Source: Chthoniobacteraceae bacterium (GTDB lineage: Bacteria; Verrucomicrobiota; Verrucomicrobiia; Chthoniobacterales; Chthoniobacteraceae). Taken from it: a stretch of 64,000 nucleotides of DNA. Below are positions 10,474 to 19,300 of this stretch, in pieces. Below the pieces are notes generated by a model, which searched no databases, was not told the origin of the DNA, and was given only the letters and a program-made list of their open reading frames with translations. A program made the position numbers and the translations under genes. How positions within the stretch are numbered: position 1 is the first letter of the stretch; the number at the start of each line of letters is the position of its first letter. The stretch is taken from assembly GCA_037190965.1 (NCBI GenBank), contig JBBCKI010000003.1, positions 1 to 64,000 on the forward strand, written 5' to 3'.

Positions 10474-11398
10474 TTCGGTTCCTATACTCGAGCGGAGAGG
10501 AACCGACCTCGCGTTTAAAGCGGCGGAAGAAGTAGGAGACCTCATCATACCCCACCTCGCTGGCCACACGGGTTACCGCCCAATCCGTGCTCTTAAGCAT
10601 GGCGCAGGCAGCTTCAACGCGCAGGTGGTTGATGTAGTCGATAATTCCCATCCCAAGGCGGTGGTTAAACACGCGCGAAAGATGCGAGGGACTGGCATGA
10701 AAGCGCTGGGAAAGCTCTTCAAGGGTGATCCGCTCACGAAAGTTTTCTTCCAGATAAACCATCACGGCGTTCGCCAGATCGTGACGTTGACCTCCGACCA
10801 AGCTGGCATCTTCGCGATTCGCACCATGATGAATCCGTGAGATGGCGACGATGAGATTCAGGAGGCTGCCGACCAAGGCTCCCTCCCAGTCCAGTTGCCG
10901 TTCCCGTCGTTCACGGATCATTGTATTAAAGATCGAGAGGAGCTGCTCTTGCTGCGTCCGTGTGGCATGGAGAAAGGTCGGCGGAACAAAGTCGGCCTGT
11001 CTGACGGGCTTTTGAAAAAGCTCGAAGGCGCCACTCGCCAGCGACAGAAAAACCTTCTGGTGAAGCAGCGTACGCCTGTCAAAGAGGCAATTGATGATGC
11101 CGAACCCTTGTGTATTCACATAGCGATGCCAGACACGCGGTTTGATGATGATGACATCTCCTACGACAAGCCGCCGCTTCCCTTCGGATGAAAGATGCTC
11201 TGCCGTGCCGCTCTCCACAAAAACCACTTCGTGGTAGACATGCTCATGCGCGAACGTCTCCTGCTGCTCCGGACAACGGCGAATGAGAATAGGATACCCC
11301 TCCTTGTCACCGGTCGTTTGATTGAGAGTGAAGACCTTCGGGCGGGCTGTATCCAACGACTTTGAAGGACCTGAAACCGGGATTCTGCGAGATTTCAC
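10460..11398 (-). CDS. AraC-family transcriptional regulator with cupin sensor
   Basis: HEHVYHEVVFV cupin; C-terminal double HTH ending VGYDEVSYFFRRFKREVGSSPLEYR. Confidence 0.93.
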   Translation of the reverse strand: MKSRRIPVSGPSKSLDTARPKVFTLNQTTGDKEGYPILIRRCPEQQETFAHEHVYHEVVFVESGTAEHLSSEGKRRLVVGDVIIIKPRVWHRYVNTQGFGIINCLFDRRTLLHQKVFLSLASGAFELFQKPVRQADFVPPTFLHATRTQQEQLLSIFNTMIRERRERQLDWEGALVGSLLNLIVAISRIHHGANREDASLVGGQRHDLANAVMVYLEENFRERITLEELSQRFHASPSHLSRVFNHRLGMGIIDYINHLRVEAACAMLKSTDWAVTRVASEVGYDEVSYFFRRFKREVGSSPLEYRNRIIGS

Positions 11399-11557
11399 AA
11401 GGAACCTCAGTTTAGCTCGAATCCGGCAAGTTCAAAAGAAAAAATGGCCTATCCCTGAACAGGTGGTCACGGACAAATTGGAGAACTACGGAAGAAGGCA
11501 AGATTACGGAGGGCCGGGGCAGCGCTTCTAATCGGCAATGCGTTCTGCAGGCCTCCC

Positions 11558-12412
11558 CTATCCAAGCTCAAAGGTGGTAACCCCATAAATCTGATCCCAT
11601 GGCAAATGGGGGGACTGCCCGGAAACCATGCGGGCACAGCCGAATTGTTGGCGCAATCCATGGCGTGCGGCCAATTCCAGGGCGGCAGGGTTGTTCTCTG
11701 GCACGTCGAGGAAGATCGGCTCCCCGGCTGTCTCACGAGAAAGCCCGATGAAAAGTGCGTCAGCCACCTCCGGGCCGTCCGCAAACAGGGGGCCGATCTT
11801 GAAACCCCGATGGCACGGCCGGATTACGCCGTACCCCCGCAGGCCGTTTCGTTCCTGCCAGGCAAGCGCATTTCCCCCGCGAGGATGAATCCATTTCCGG
11901 AGAAAGTCGCGACGGTTCGCTCCGAAATGCCGTTGGTCGAACGCCCGCAACTCTTCAAAATCGAGCGCCTTCGCATCAATCAGTTTGGAATTCGGCAACC
12001 CCGCCATGCCGATTCCCTCCATGCGCAGGTTACGGTGAGAGAAGTGGAACCCGCTCCGTCGGTAGTACTCCTGCATTTCAAATACCCCATCCAGTGCCAT
12101 CCCTCCCCCTTGCCCCAGGCGCTTTCTCAACTGATCTATAAAGAACCTCCAGAAGTCAGTTCCAAAGCCTCGCCTCCTCCACTCGGGACGGACAATAAAA
12201 AGCCCGACAAACCCGAGCCCTCCTTCATAAGCCACGGTCGAAGCTGTGCCGATAAGCTTCTCCTCCATATCCATCGCCCAGAAGCCGTCAGGGTCAGCCG
12301 CCCAAAACGCCTCCGCATCAGAAAGCCCAGGATTCCATCCTTCCGCTTCGGCCCATGCCAGCGCAACATCCAACTCTTCCCGACGAAGATGGCGGAACCT
12401 CGGAGAACTCAT
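11558..12412 (-). CDS. GNAT-family N-acetyltransferase (two-domain, YitH-like)
   Basis: AEGWNPG, FIVRPEWRRRGFG acetyl-CoA motif, KIGPLFAD, TTFELG end. Confidence 0.88.
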   Translation of the reverse strand: MSSPRFRHLRREELDVALAWAEAEGWNPGLSDAEAFWAADPDGFWAMDMEEKLIGTASTVAYEGGLGFVGLFIVRPEWRRRGFGTDFWRFFIDQLRKRLGQGGGMALDGVFEMQEYYRRSGFHFSHRNLRMEGIGMAGLPNSKLIDAKALDFEELRAFDQRHFGANRRDFLRKWIHPRGGNALAWQERNGLRGYGVIRPCHRGFKIGPLFADGPEVADALFIGLSRETAGEPIFLDVPENNPAALELAARHGLRQQFGCARMVSGQSPHLPWDQIYGVTTFELG

Positions 12413-12552
12413 GACTCAGATCATGTCATAAGATATTTCATCGGGTCAAATATGGATGATTCCGTTGAGAACGGAGGACGAGTGATGAAGAAGGAGGCAT
12501 GATTCAGCACGGGGCGACCGCTTGCGCTACGCTAGCCATCTCCGAGAAAAAC

Positions 12553-12586
12553 AAAATCCCGCCCCTTAACAAGGGGCGGGATTTTT
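12553..12586. terminator. Rho-independent terminator, probably bidirectional, downstream of the autotransporter
   Basis: AAAATCCCGCCCCTT-AAC-AAGGGGCGGGATTTT perfect hairpin with A/T tails. Confidence 0.85.
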
Positions 12587-12614
12587 CAACAATCAACCTG
12601 TCGGAAAACTTCGC

Positions 12615-15600
12615 TTAGAAGCTGATCCGGAAGCCGCCGTTGACGCTGTTCGCAGTGTAATTGGACCGGGCGAGATCGCCGGTATAGTAGGCGAACACGG
12701 CCAGGTTCGGGTTGAACTGTGCCGTGACACCCGCGTCGAGCAACAACCCGTCGCGGCCGATCTTGGCACCGTTTACCGAGAAGGAGCCGACACCCGAGGC
12801 GAAGCTCGATTCCACCGCAGGCGTGCTATCGAGGTACTCGTGCAACCACTGGGCGCGGACTTCAGGCGTAATCGTCACTCCGCAGACATTGAAGTCGTAG
12901 GAAGCTTTGATGCCGAGGGTCGACTTTAGCGAATCCTGATGCTGCCTCTTAAAGTGCAGCGGAGCATCCGAACCATGTTCCGTGAAGCTGCTCAGCCCAA
13001 TGTAGGTGTATTGCAGCGAGCCGATTGGCCCGAAGGTCAACCCACCGCACTTGAAGTCGTACCCGGTACCCAGCAGCGCGTCGAACTCGCCGCCGTTGGT
13101 GTCCCCACGCGCTTTTCCACCGAAGGTCGAGCGCCGGGTATCGTACGAATTATACGCGCCACCCGCGAGAGCGTTTACGTAGAATCCATCGTTAAACCAG
13201 GTGCCGTAGAGCGCGCCACGGCCGCTGTTGACTTCGACTTTGCCGCCGTCGTTGAGGTCGGAGCCAGTGTGGGTGTAGCCCCCAGCCACACCGACCACGA
13301 GGTTACTATTCACCCGGTAATCGGCACCGATGGTGATGCCGCCGGTCGAGAATTCGGAGCCGAGGGCGTTCCTGGTGTTCTCCACGTCGGCCCATTCACC
13401 CACGCCGGTCATGAAGAAGTTCCAGCGGCTTTCCGAGATCACCGGAGCAACAGCCTGCTTGCCGACGACGCTCCTGCCATCCCAACCCGCGAGGGTGAGA
13501 CCATCCTTCTCGTTCACAAGCGGCGCACCGTCATAGTTGATGCTGCCATGCGAGTTCGTGAGCGCCAAACCGTTGGTGCTGAAACCCGAACTTCCACGGC
13601 GGGCGTCTTCAAGCCGACGCTCGATGTTGCCGAACTGTAGTTGCGAGGTCGCGAATCCAATGTTGAAGATCGCGGCAAACTGCTCGGGCGAGAGTTTCGA
13701 GAGAGCATCCGGGACGTTATCGATCGAGAGATCGTTGAGCTTGTCGAAGAGACGATCCAGGCTCCGCTTGTTGGAAGCCTTGTCGAGCCCTCGGGCCACC
13801 GATTTCTGGTTCGGCGTAAGACCGGAGAGCTTCGAGAACTTCTGCTGCTCAAACTCGACAATCACCCTGTCGTCCTTGTAAACAAGCTTCGGCTTGAGCA
13901 TCGAAGCGGGCAGCTCGTTCTGAAGCTTGCTGAACTTGCCGCTAACGCCACCGTCAGCCGTGAGGATTGTCAACTTGTCGTCGCGTTTGGGCTTGTACTT
14001 GGCGACGGGATGCAGAATCGCATAGCCATCGAGTTCAGCCTCTCCTGCAACTTCGATCCTGCTATAGTTCTTCCTGGAGGCGAGCTGGACCAAGTAGGTT
14101 CCATCTTCCTGGTAGAAGCCACCCCCGATCCTCAGCGTTCCCGGAGCGGAAATATCGCCGCCGGTGATAAGGCCTCCGGAATGGTTGGTCACCGAACCGG
14201 CAACGTAGCCGGTGCCGTAGAACCCGCCATGGTTGTCGACATGAGAGGCGAGCGAACCAAAAAGCCCGACATTGCCGTCGGCAACGAAGAGCTCTCCTTC
14301 GAAGGTGCTGTTACCCGTGAGCACCCAGGTTCCTTCCCCACGCTTGGCAACCATGCCAGATCCCGTGATCTCACCGGCAAAGATTCCCGAATCGTGGGTA
14401 TATGCGCCCACGTCAAGAGTGCCGCCAGAACCCAGATCGACGACGCCAACCCCCGTGAGCATTCCCACGTCCTGATCAGTGCCGGCCAGGTCAAGCGTGC
14501 CGCCGAGGCCAACATAGTGATTGGAGAAACGCGACAGGACGTTGGAAGTCCCCGTCTGCAGAACACCATAGGCAACGTACGTCTCACCCGTATAGCTGTG
14601 AGCCGTCGTGTTGTTGAAGATGGTCGTCCCCTCTCCTTCCTTGATGAAAGAGCCATAGCCGCTGATTGAACCGTCAATCGTGTTGGTCACCCCGAGGGCG
14701 ACAAGCGAGCGAACGGTGCCATCGTTCTCAATCGCGTTGGAGAAGGTCTCTCCGTTGGCAAGCTTGATGCCGAGCGTCGCATCCTCGTAAACCAAGACAT
14801 CACTGGAGTCGGCAATCGAAGACCCCACCGTCACGCCGTCGCCGATCTGAAGGGTTCCCGTGGCGACAATCGTCTTCCCGGTGTAAGTGTTGGCCCCCGT
14901 GACTATCGTCGTGCCTGTGCCGTATTGGACGAAGTCGCCGGTCCCGCTAATCAGGCCGGAGATGGTGTTCACCCCATCGGCAACGGCAAAAACAATGCCA
15001 GCGTTGTCGATCTGGTTGGCAAACACGCCATCGTTGGCGAGCTTGATCCGGAGATTGGCGTCTTCATTGATGGAAACGAGGGAAGCACTATTGATTTCGC
15101 CGCTGACTCCATCGCCGATTTGCAACACCCCCTCGTAAACTTCGGTGACACCGTCGTAGGTGCTGGTCCCCGTGAGCGTCAGCTGGCTGCTTTGTCCCAC
15201 CTTGGTGAGCCACCCGCCAGAGCCGGTGATGCTGCCGCTAAAAGTAGTGAAGCTAGAATCGCTCGCGCCGACTTCAAGATAGGCATTGTCAATGCGGACC
15301 TCGCCGCCGCCATTTGCGCCGTCCGCGAGAGAAGCGATACGCTGGTCGGTGTCGCGGAGATCAAGCACGCCGTTTGAATCCACATAAACAGCGGAGGCGT
15401 CGGAAATAGCGAAGCTCACCCCTGCCTTTAATGTACCGCTCAGCACCGCCGTGGATCCTGTGTAGGTGTTCGAATCCTCGAAGACCGTCGTTCCCGTTCC
15501 AGCCTGAACGAAGCTGCCGGTTCCGCTGATCACAGCGTCGATGTAATTGGTGCCGGAGGCGATCGCCGCGACGAGGCCGCTGTTCTCGATGTCGCTGCGG

Positions 15601-16664
15601 AAGGTCCGGTTGTTGCCAAGATTGAGCGCGAGCGTCGCCCCCTCATCGATGTAGACGTCGCTGGAAGAACTGATTGACCCGGTCAATCCGTTACCGATCT
15701 GCAGGGTCCCCGACTGCACGTAGGTATCTCCGGTGTAGAGGTTCAGACCGGTGAGGATGGTCGTTCCCGTTCCGGCTTGTTCGAAGCGGCCGGCACCGGA
15801 CATCACGCCCGTGATCGTGTTGGTCCCGGAGGCAATGGCGCGTACGACACCTTGGTTGGTGATGACGTTGGCGAGCGTTCCGCCATCGGCCAAATTAACG
15901 GCCAGCGTGCCGTTGCTCTGGACGAAAACAAGCGAGAGCGAACGGATCGAACCACTCACGCCGTCGCCAATCTGCAACGTGCCGTTCTCGACGGTGGTAA
16001 AACCGATGTAGGAGTTCGACCCTGTAAGAATGGTCGTTCCGGTACCCTGCTGGGTAAACGCACCGATGCCGCTGATATTGCTCGAAACGATGTTGACGTT
16101 GGAGCCGGTCATCCGGACTCCGCCGTTGTTGACGATCCTGCTCGAAAAATTCCCCTGGTCCGCCAGGTTGATTTCGAGACGGCCCAACAGGCCGACCGTT
16201 ACCACGGTGTCGCCGCTCAGGGAGCCGGTCACCCCATCGCCCACCTGCAAGACACCGCGGGTGATGCTTGTGTCGCCGGTGTAAGTGTTTTCGCCAGTCA
16301 GGACGACGCGGCCGGTGGTCGTCTTGGAGACTCCCGCCGCTCCGCCAAGGCCCACCTGATGAACGGTACCGCTCTGAAGGAGATAAGTCCCGCTGGCAGT
16401 AATCGTCCCGGTTCCATCGCCGGTAATCAGACCGTCATTCCGGAGAGTAACGTTCTCGAAGCCCAACGAGGTATTTTCGACAACGAAGGGGGTCGGGTCG
16501 TTAACGTCGAGATTTGCAGCGAAAGCGCTCCCTGCCATCATGGAAGAAGCCAGGACCGCCGCGGACAAAGATTGCCTGAATGCGCGTCCAGTCGCATGAG
16601 GTTTAAGGTGAATGTCGACTTCCGTTCGATCACTCCGGTTTTTGATAGATGCTCGTTGTTTCAT
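12615..16664 (-). CDS. Autotransporter with passenger-associated beta-strand repeats
   Basis: Extended signal peptide; repeated GTGTTILTGxNxYTGxTxVxxGTLQIGDG units; C-terminal beta-barrel ending GFRISF. Confidence 0.93.
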   Translation of the reverse strand: MKQRASIKNRSDRTEVDIHLKPHATGRAFRQSLSAAVLASSMMAGSAFAANLDVNDPTPFVVENTSLGFENVTLRNDGLITGDGTGTITASGTYLLQSGTVHQVGLGGAAGVSKTTTGRVVLTGENTYTGDTSITRGVLQVGDGVTGSLSGDTVVTVGLLGRLEINLADQGNFSSRIVNNGGVRMTGSNVNIVSSNISGIGAFTQQGTGTTILTGSNSYIGFTTVENGTLQIGDGVSGSIRSLSLVFVQSNGTLAVNLADGGTLANVITNQGVVRAIASGTNTITGVMSGAGRFEQAGTGTTILTGLNLYTGDTYVQSGTLQIGNGLTGSISSSSDVYIDEGATLALNLGNNRTFRSDIENSGLVAAIASGTNYIDAVISGTGSFVQAGTGTTVFEDSNTYTGSTAVLSGTLKAGVSFAISDASAVYVDSNGVLDLRDTDQRIASLADGANGGGEVRIDNAYLEVGASDSSFTTFSGSITGSGGWLTKVGQSSQLTLTGTSTYDGVTEVYEGVLQIGDGVSGEINSASLVSINEDANLRIKLANDGVFANQIDNAGIVFAVADGVNTISGLISGTGDFVQYGTGTTIVTGANTYTGKTIVATGTLQIGDGVTVGSSIADSSDVLVYEDATLGIKLANGETFSNAIENDGTVRSLVALGVTNTIDGSISGYGSFIKEGEGTTIFNNTTAHSYTGETYVAYGVLQTGTSNVLSRFSNHYVGLGGTLDLAGTDQDVGMLTGVGVVDLGSGGTLDVGAYTHDSGIFAGEITGSGMVAKRGEGTWVLTGNSTFEGELFVADGNVGLFGSLASHVDNHGGFYGTGYVAGSVTNHSGGLITGGDISAPGTLRIGGGFYQEDGTYLVQLASRKNYSRIEVAGEAELDGYAILHPVAKYKPKRDDKLTILTADGGVSGKFSKLQNELPASMLKPKLVYKDDRVIVEFEQQKFSKLSGLTPNQKSVARGLDKASNKRSLDRLFDKLNDLSIDNVPDALSKLSPEQFAAIFNIGFATSQLQFGNIERRLEDARRGSSGFSTNGLALTNSHGSINYDGAPLVNEKDGLTLAGWDGRSVVGKQAVAPVISESRWNFFMTGVGEWADVENTRNALGSEFSTGGITIGADYRVNSNLVVGVAGGYTHTGSDLNDGGKVEVNSGRGALYGTWFNDGFYVNALAGGAYNSYDTRRSTFGGKARGDTNGGEFDALLGTGYDFKCGGLTFGPIGSLQYTYIGLSSFTEHGSDAPLHFKRQHQDSLKSTLGIKASYDFNVCGVTITPEVRAQWLHEYLDSTPAVESSFASGVGSFSVNGAKIGRDGLLLDAGVTAQFNPNLAVFAYYTGDLARSNYTANSVNGGFRISF

Positions 16665-17323
16665 ATGCGTTTCCAGATTTTTGAGGGATTTTTATCAAAA
16701 AATTGCAATTCCTAACAGATATTGGGCAAACGATTATCAATTCATCGCTCAAAAACCTCCAAAAAATCAACTAATCATTCGCAATGAAGTGGTCTCGGGA
16801 GACGAATCCCGCCACGCAGATCACTTTTAAATCATTGGGGAGGAATAGCTTACAAGCTTACCATCCCGCTGAAAAAAGTACGGAAGCCCCCTCTCCTGCT
16901 CCGTTGTTTCTTCCCGAAAACTGGCCGAAAATGAACAGAATTCCGCTAAGCAACCCCGAAAATTGGTCGGGAGTGCAGATAACAATGTTGATACAAACCG
17001 CTAATTCCGCGCCGAAGCGTGGATAAGCTCAGTGCATAGATATATCTCATTCCTTTTAAGATATACCGATCATGGTCGCTCAACACCGCTGAAGACATAG
17101 AAGGTCTAAAGCTGTTATATTTTTGCCTCAAATTTGAGAGAAGGTCAAATATTCCTTCCGCTGCCACTCGCATGTAGGGCGCTTAAACTTCTTTAGCCGA
17201 ATTGGAGGCTATAACCCGAAGCATTTGCTTTCGAGCCTTGCGGACGGATGGATCGATTTCGGATACACGCACCCGAATCCCCTCTTACGTTGATCATTCG
17301 TGTCGCAAACCTGAAAAATTTAG

Positions 17324-18070
17324 ATGTTTTCCCTACTCAAAAATGCGATGAGGCGACTCCGGACGGAGGGCGTCCGGAAAACCGGCCGCCTTGCTGTGGC
17401 TCGCGGCCGTGGACTGCTGCGATCATTCCTGGAAGACCGCAGGCGAGGCGTCTCCACCGCAAGGGCCGTCAAAGATCGCGAACTGGGGATTACCGACGCA
17501 CGCTGTCACTGGTATGTCGCGACAGACTACGAGACGTTCGAACGCGCCATGCGGCACGTCGAGTTTAGGCCAAACGAAGACGTCTTTGTGGATTTCGGAT
17601 CGGGGAAAGGGCGAATCGTCCTGTTGGCGGCACAATACCCGTTTCGCAGAGTGATGGGAGTGGAGTTCTCCCAAGCCCTCAACGTCGTGGGAAGGCGGAA
17701 CCTTCAACAGACAATGCACACCCTCAAATGCAAGGATGTGCAGCTCATCGATGCGAACGCCACGCAGTGGGCTGTCCCCAACGACGCGACTGTCCTATTT
17801 TTCTTCAATCCGTTTGACGGAGCGATCCTTGCCGAAGTATGCGCCAATATCCAGCGATCGCTGGCGGAGGCTCCGCGAAAAATTACGATCATCTACGTCC
17901 GTCCGGACAAATTCTTTGAGAAGGAAATCTCGTGGCAGAATTGGCTGACACGGAAAGTCGAAATTCCATGCGTGGAAGGAAAAGTATCCATCTATGAAAG
18001 CACTGCTTTGGCAGAGAATAATGCGGCAAGCGATTCCAGCAAAAAGGAGGTCACAGGTTCACTTCATTGA
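17324..18070 (+). CDS. Class I SAM-dependent methyltransferase
   Basis: FVDFGSGKGR motif I, GVEFS, FFFNPF. Confidence 0.85.
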   Translation: MFSLLKNAMRRLRTEGVRKTGRLAVARGRGLLRSFLEDRRRGVSTARAVKDRELGITDARCHWYVATDYETFERAMRHVEFRPNEDVFVDFGSGKGRIVLLAAQYPFRRVMGVEFSQALNVVGRRNLQQTMHTLKCKDVQLIDANATQWAVPNDATVLFFFNPFDGAILAEVCANIQRSLAEAPRKITIIYVRPDKFFEKEISWQNWLTRKVEIPCVEGKVSIYESTALAENNAASDSSKKEVTGSLH

Positions 18071-18091
18071 TTTCGAGTTGAACGATTTACT

Positions 18092-19300
18092 ATGGCAATA
18101 AATAAACTGGCATGTCAGACGATAGTGATCGGCGCCGGCCCCTACGGCTTGGCGGCTGCCGCGCATCTGCGGGCGGCGGGAATTGAGACGCGCGTTTTTG
18201 GCAGACCGATGGAATTTTGGGCCACCCAAATGCCAAAGGGCATGTTTGTGCGATCGGTCCGGAGTGCGTCCCATATTTCAGATCCAAAGCGCAAGCTGAC
18301 CTTTAATCACTACGAAGCCGAAAACAACCTGAGCTTTCAAGCGGTCGCCTCCCGCGAACGGTTTGTCCGGTATGGCACCTGGTTTCAGAAAAAGGTGGTG
18401 CCCGATCTCGACGGTCGAAATATTTGCAGCATCGAAAAATCCCCCAATGGCTTTCGGCTCGTTCTGGATGACGAAACCTCTTTTGAGACGGAGCGTGTCA
18501 TCGTCGCCACTGGAATTGCGCCTTTCACGCGGCGCCTCCCGCAGTTCCAATCATTGCCTGCGGAACTTGCCTCCCATACCTCGGAGCATTGCGACCTCGG
18601 CGTATTTTCGGGGAAGCGCGTGATTGTCGTCGGCGGAGGCCAGAGCGCGTTGGAATCGGCAGCGCTACTTAAGGAAGGGGGCGCGGAAGTGGAAGTGATT
18701 GTGCGCGCTCCACGGATCAACTGGCTCGACCAGCATGGCGTGTGGCTCAAAAGCCCTTACAATCCGTTGCGACCATTGTTGTACCCGCCTACCGATGTAG
18801 GGCCTCCCGGTTTTAACCTGATCGTCGCGCGCCCCAACCTCTTTCGGAAGCTACCACGGCGGTTGCAGACTGATATCGCCTATCGCTCCACGAGACCGGC
18901 GGGTTCGGGCTGGCTGCTCCCCAGGCTTAGGGAGGTGCCAATCCACACTGGCCGTCACGTTACCTGTGCAAACGCAAAGGGTGGGAAGGTAGGCTTGCGC
19001 CTGGATGATGGAAGCGATCACGATGCCGACCATATTCTGCAAGCCACAGGCTATGAAGTCGACATTCGGCGTTATGGCTTCCTTTCGCCCGATATTTTAC
19101 GGGGCCTGCGCATCACCGACGGCTACCCGGAACTCTCCACGGGATTCGAATCGTCTTGGCCCGGCTTGCACTTTATCGGTGCAACTGCCGTCCATAGCTA
19201 CGGGCCATTATGCCGCTTTGTCTCCGGAACCGACTTCTCAGCCCGGTTCTTGACGAAGCATCTTGTTAAAAAGATACCCTCAGCGATGGCTGGCGGCTAA
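18092..19300 (+). CDS. FAD/NAD(P)-dependent oxidoreductase (flavin monooxygenase-like)
   Basis: IGAGPYG FAD motif, VGGGQSA NAD(P) motif, ATGY. Confidence 0.85.
   Translation: MAINKLACQTIVIGAGPYGLAAAAHLRAAGIETRVFGRPMEFWATQMPKGMFVRSVRSASHISDPKRKLTFNHYEAENNLSFQAVASRERFVRYGTWFQKKVVPDLDGRNICSIEKSPNGFRLVLDDETSFETERVIVATGIAPFTRRLPQFQSLPAELASHTSEHCDLGVFSGKRVIVVGGGQSALESAALLKEGGAEVEVIVRAPRINWLDQHGVWLKSPYNPLRPLLYPPTDVGPPGFNLIVARPNLFRKLPRRLQTDIAYRSTRPAGSGWLLPRLREVPIHTGRHVTCANAKGGKVGLRLDDGSDHDADHILQATGYEVDIRRYGFLSPDILRGLRITDGYPELSTGFESSWPGLHFIGATAVHSYGPLCRFVSGTDFSARFLTKHLVKKIPSAMAGG

Noticed and set aside
14300..16350. Recurring DNA repeats suggesting an array
   Set aside because: They are degenerate coding repeats of the autotransporter passenger, not CRISPR. 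No CRISPR array or cas gene was seen anywhere in the window.
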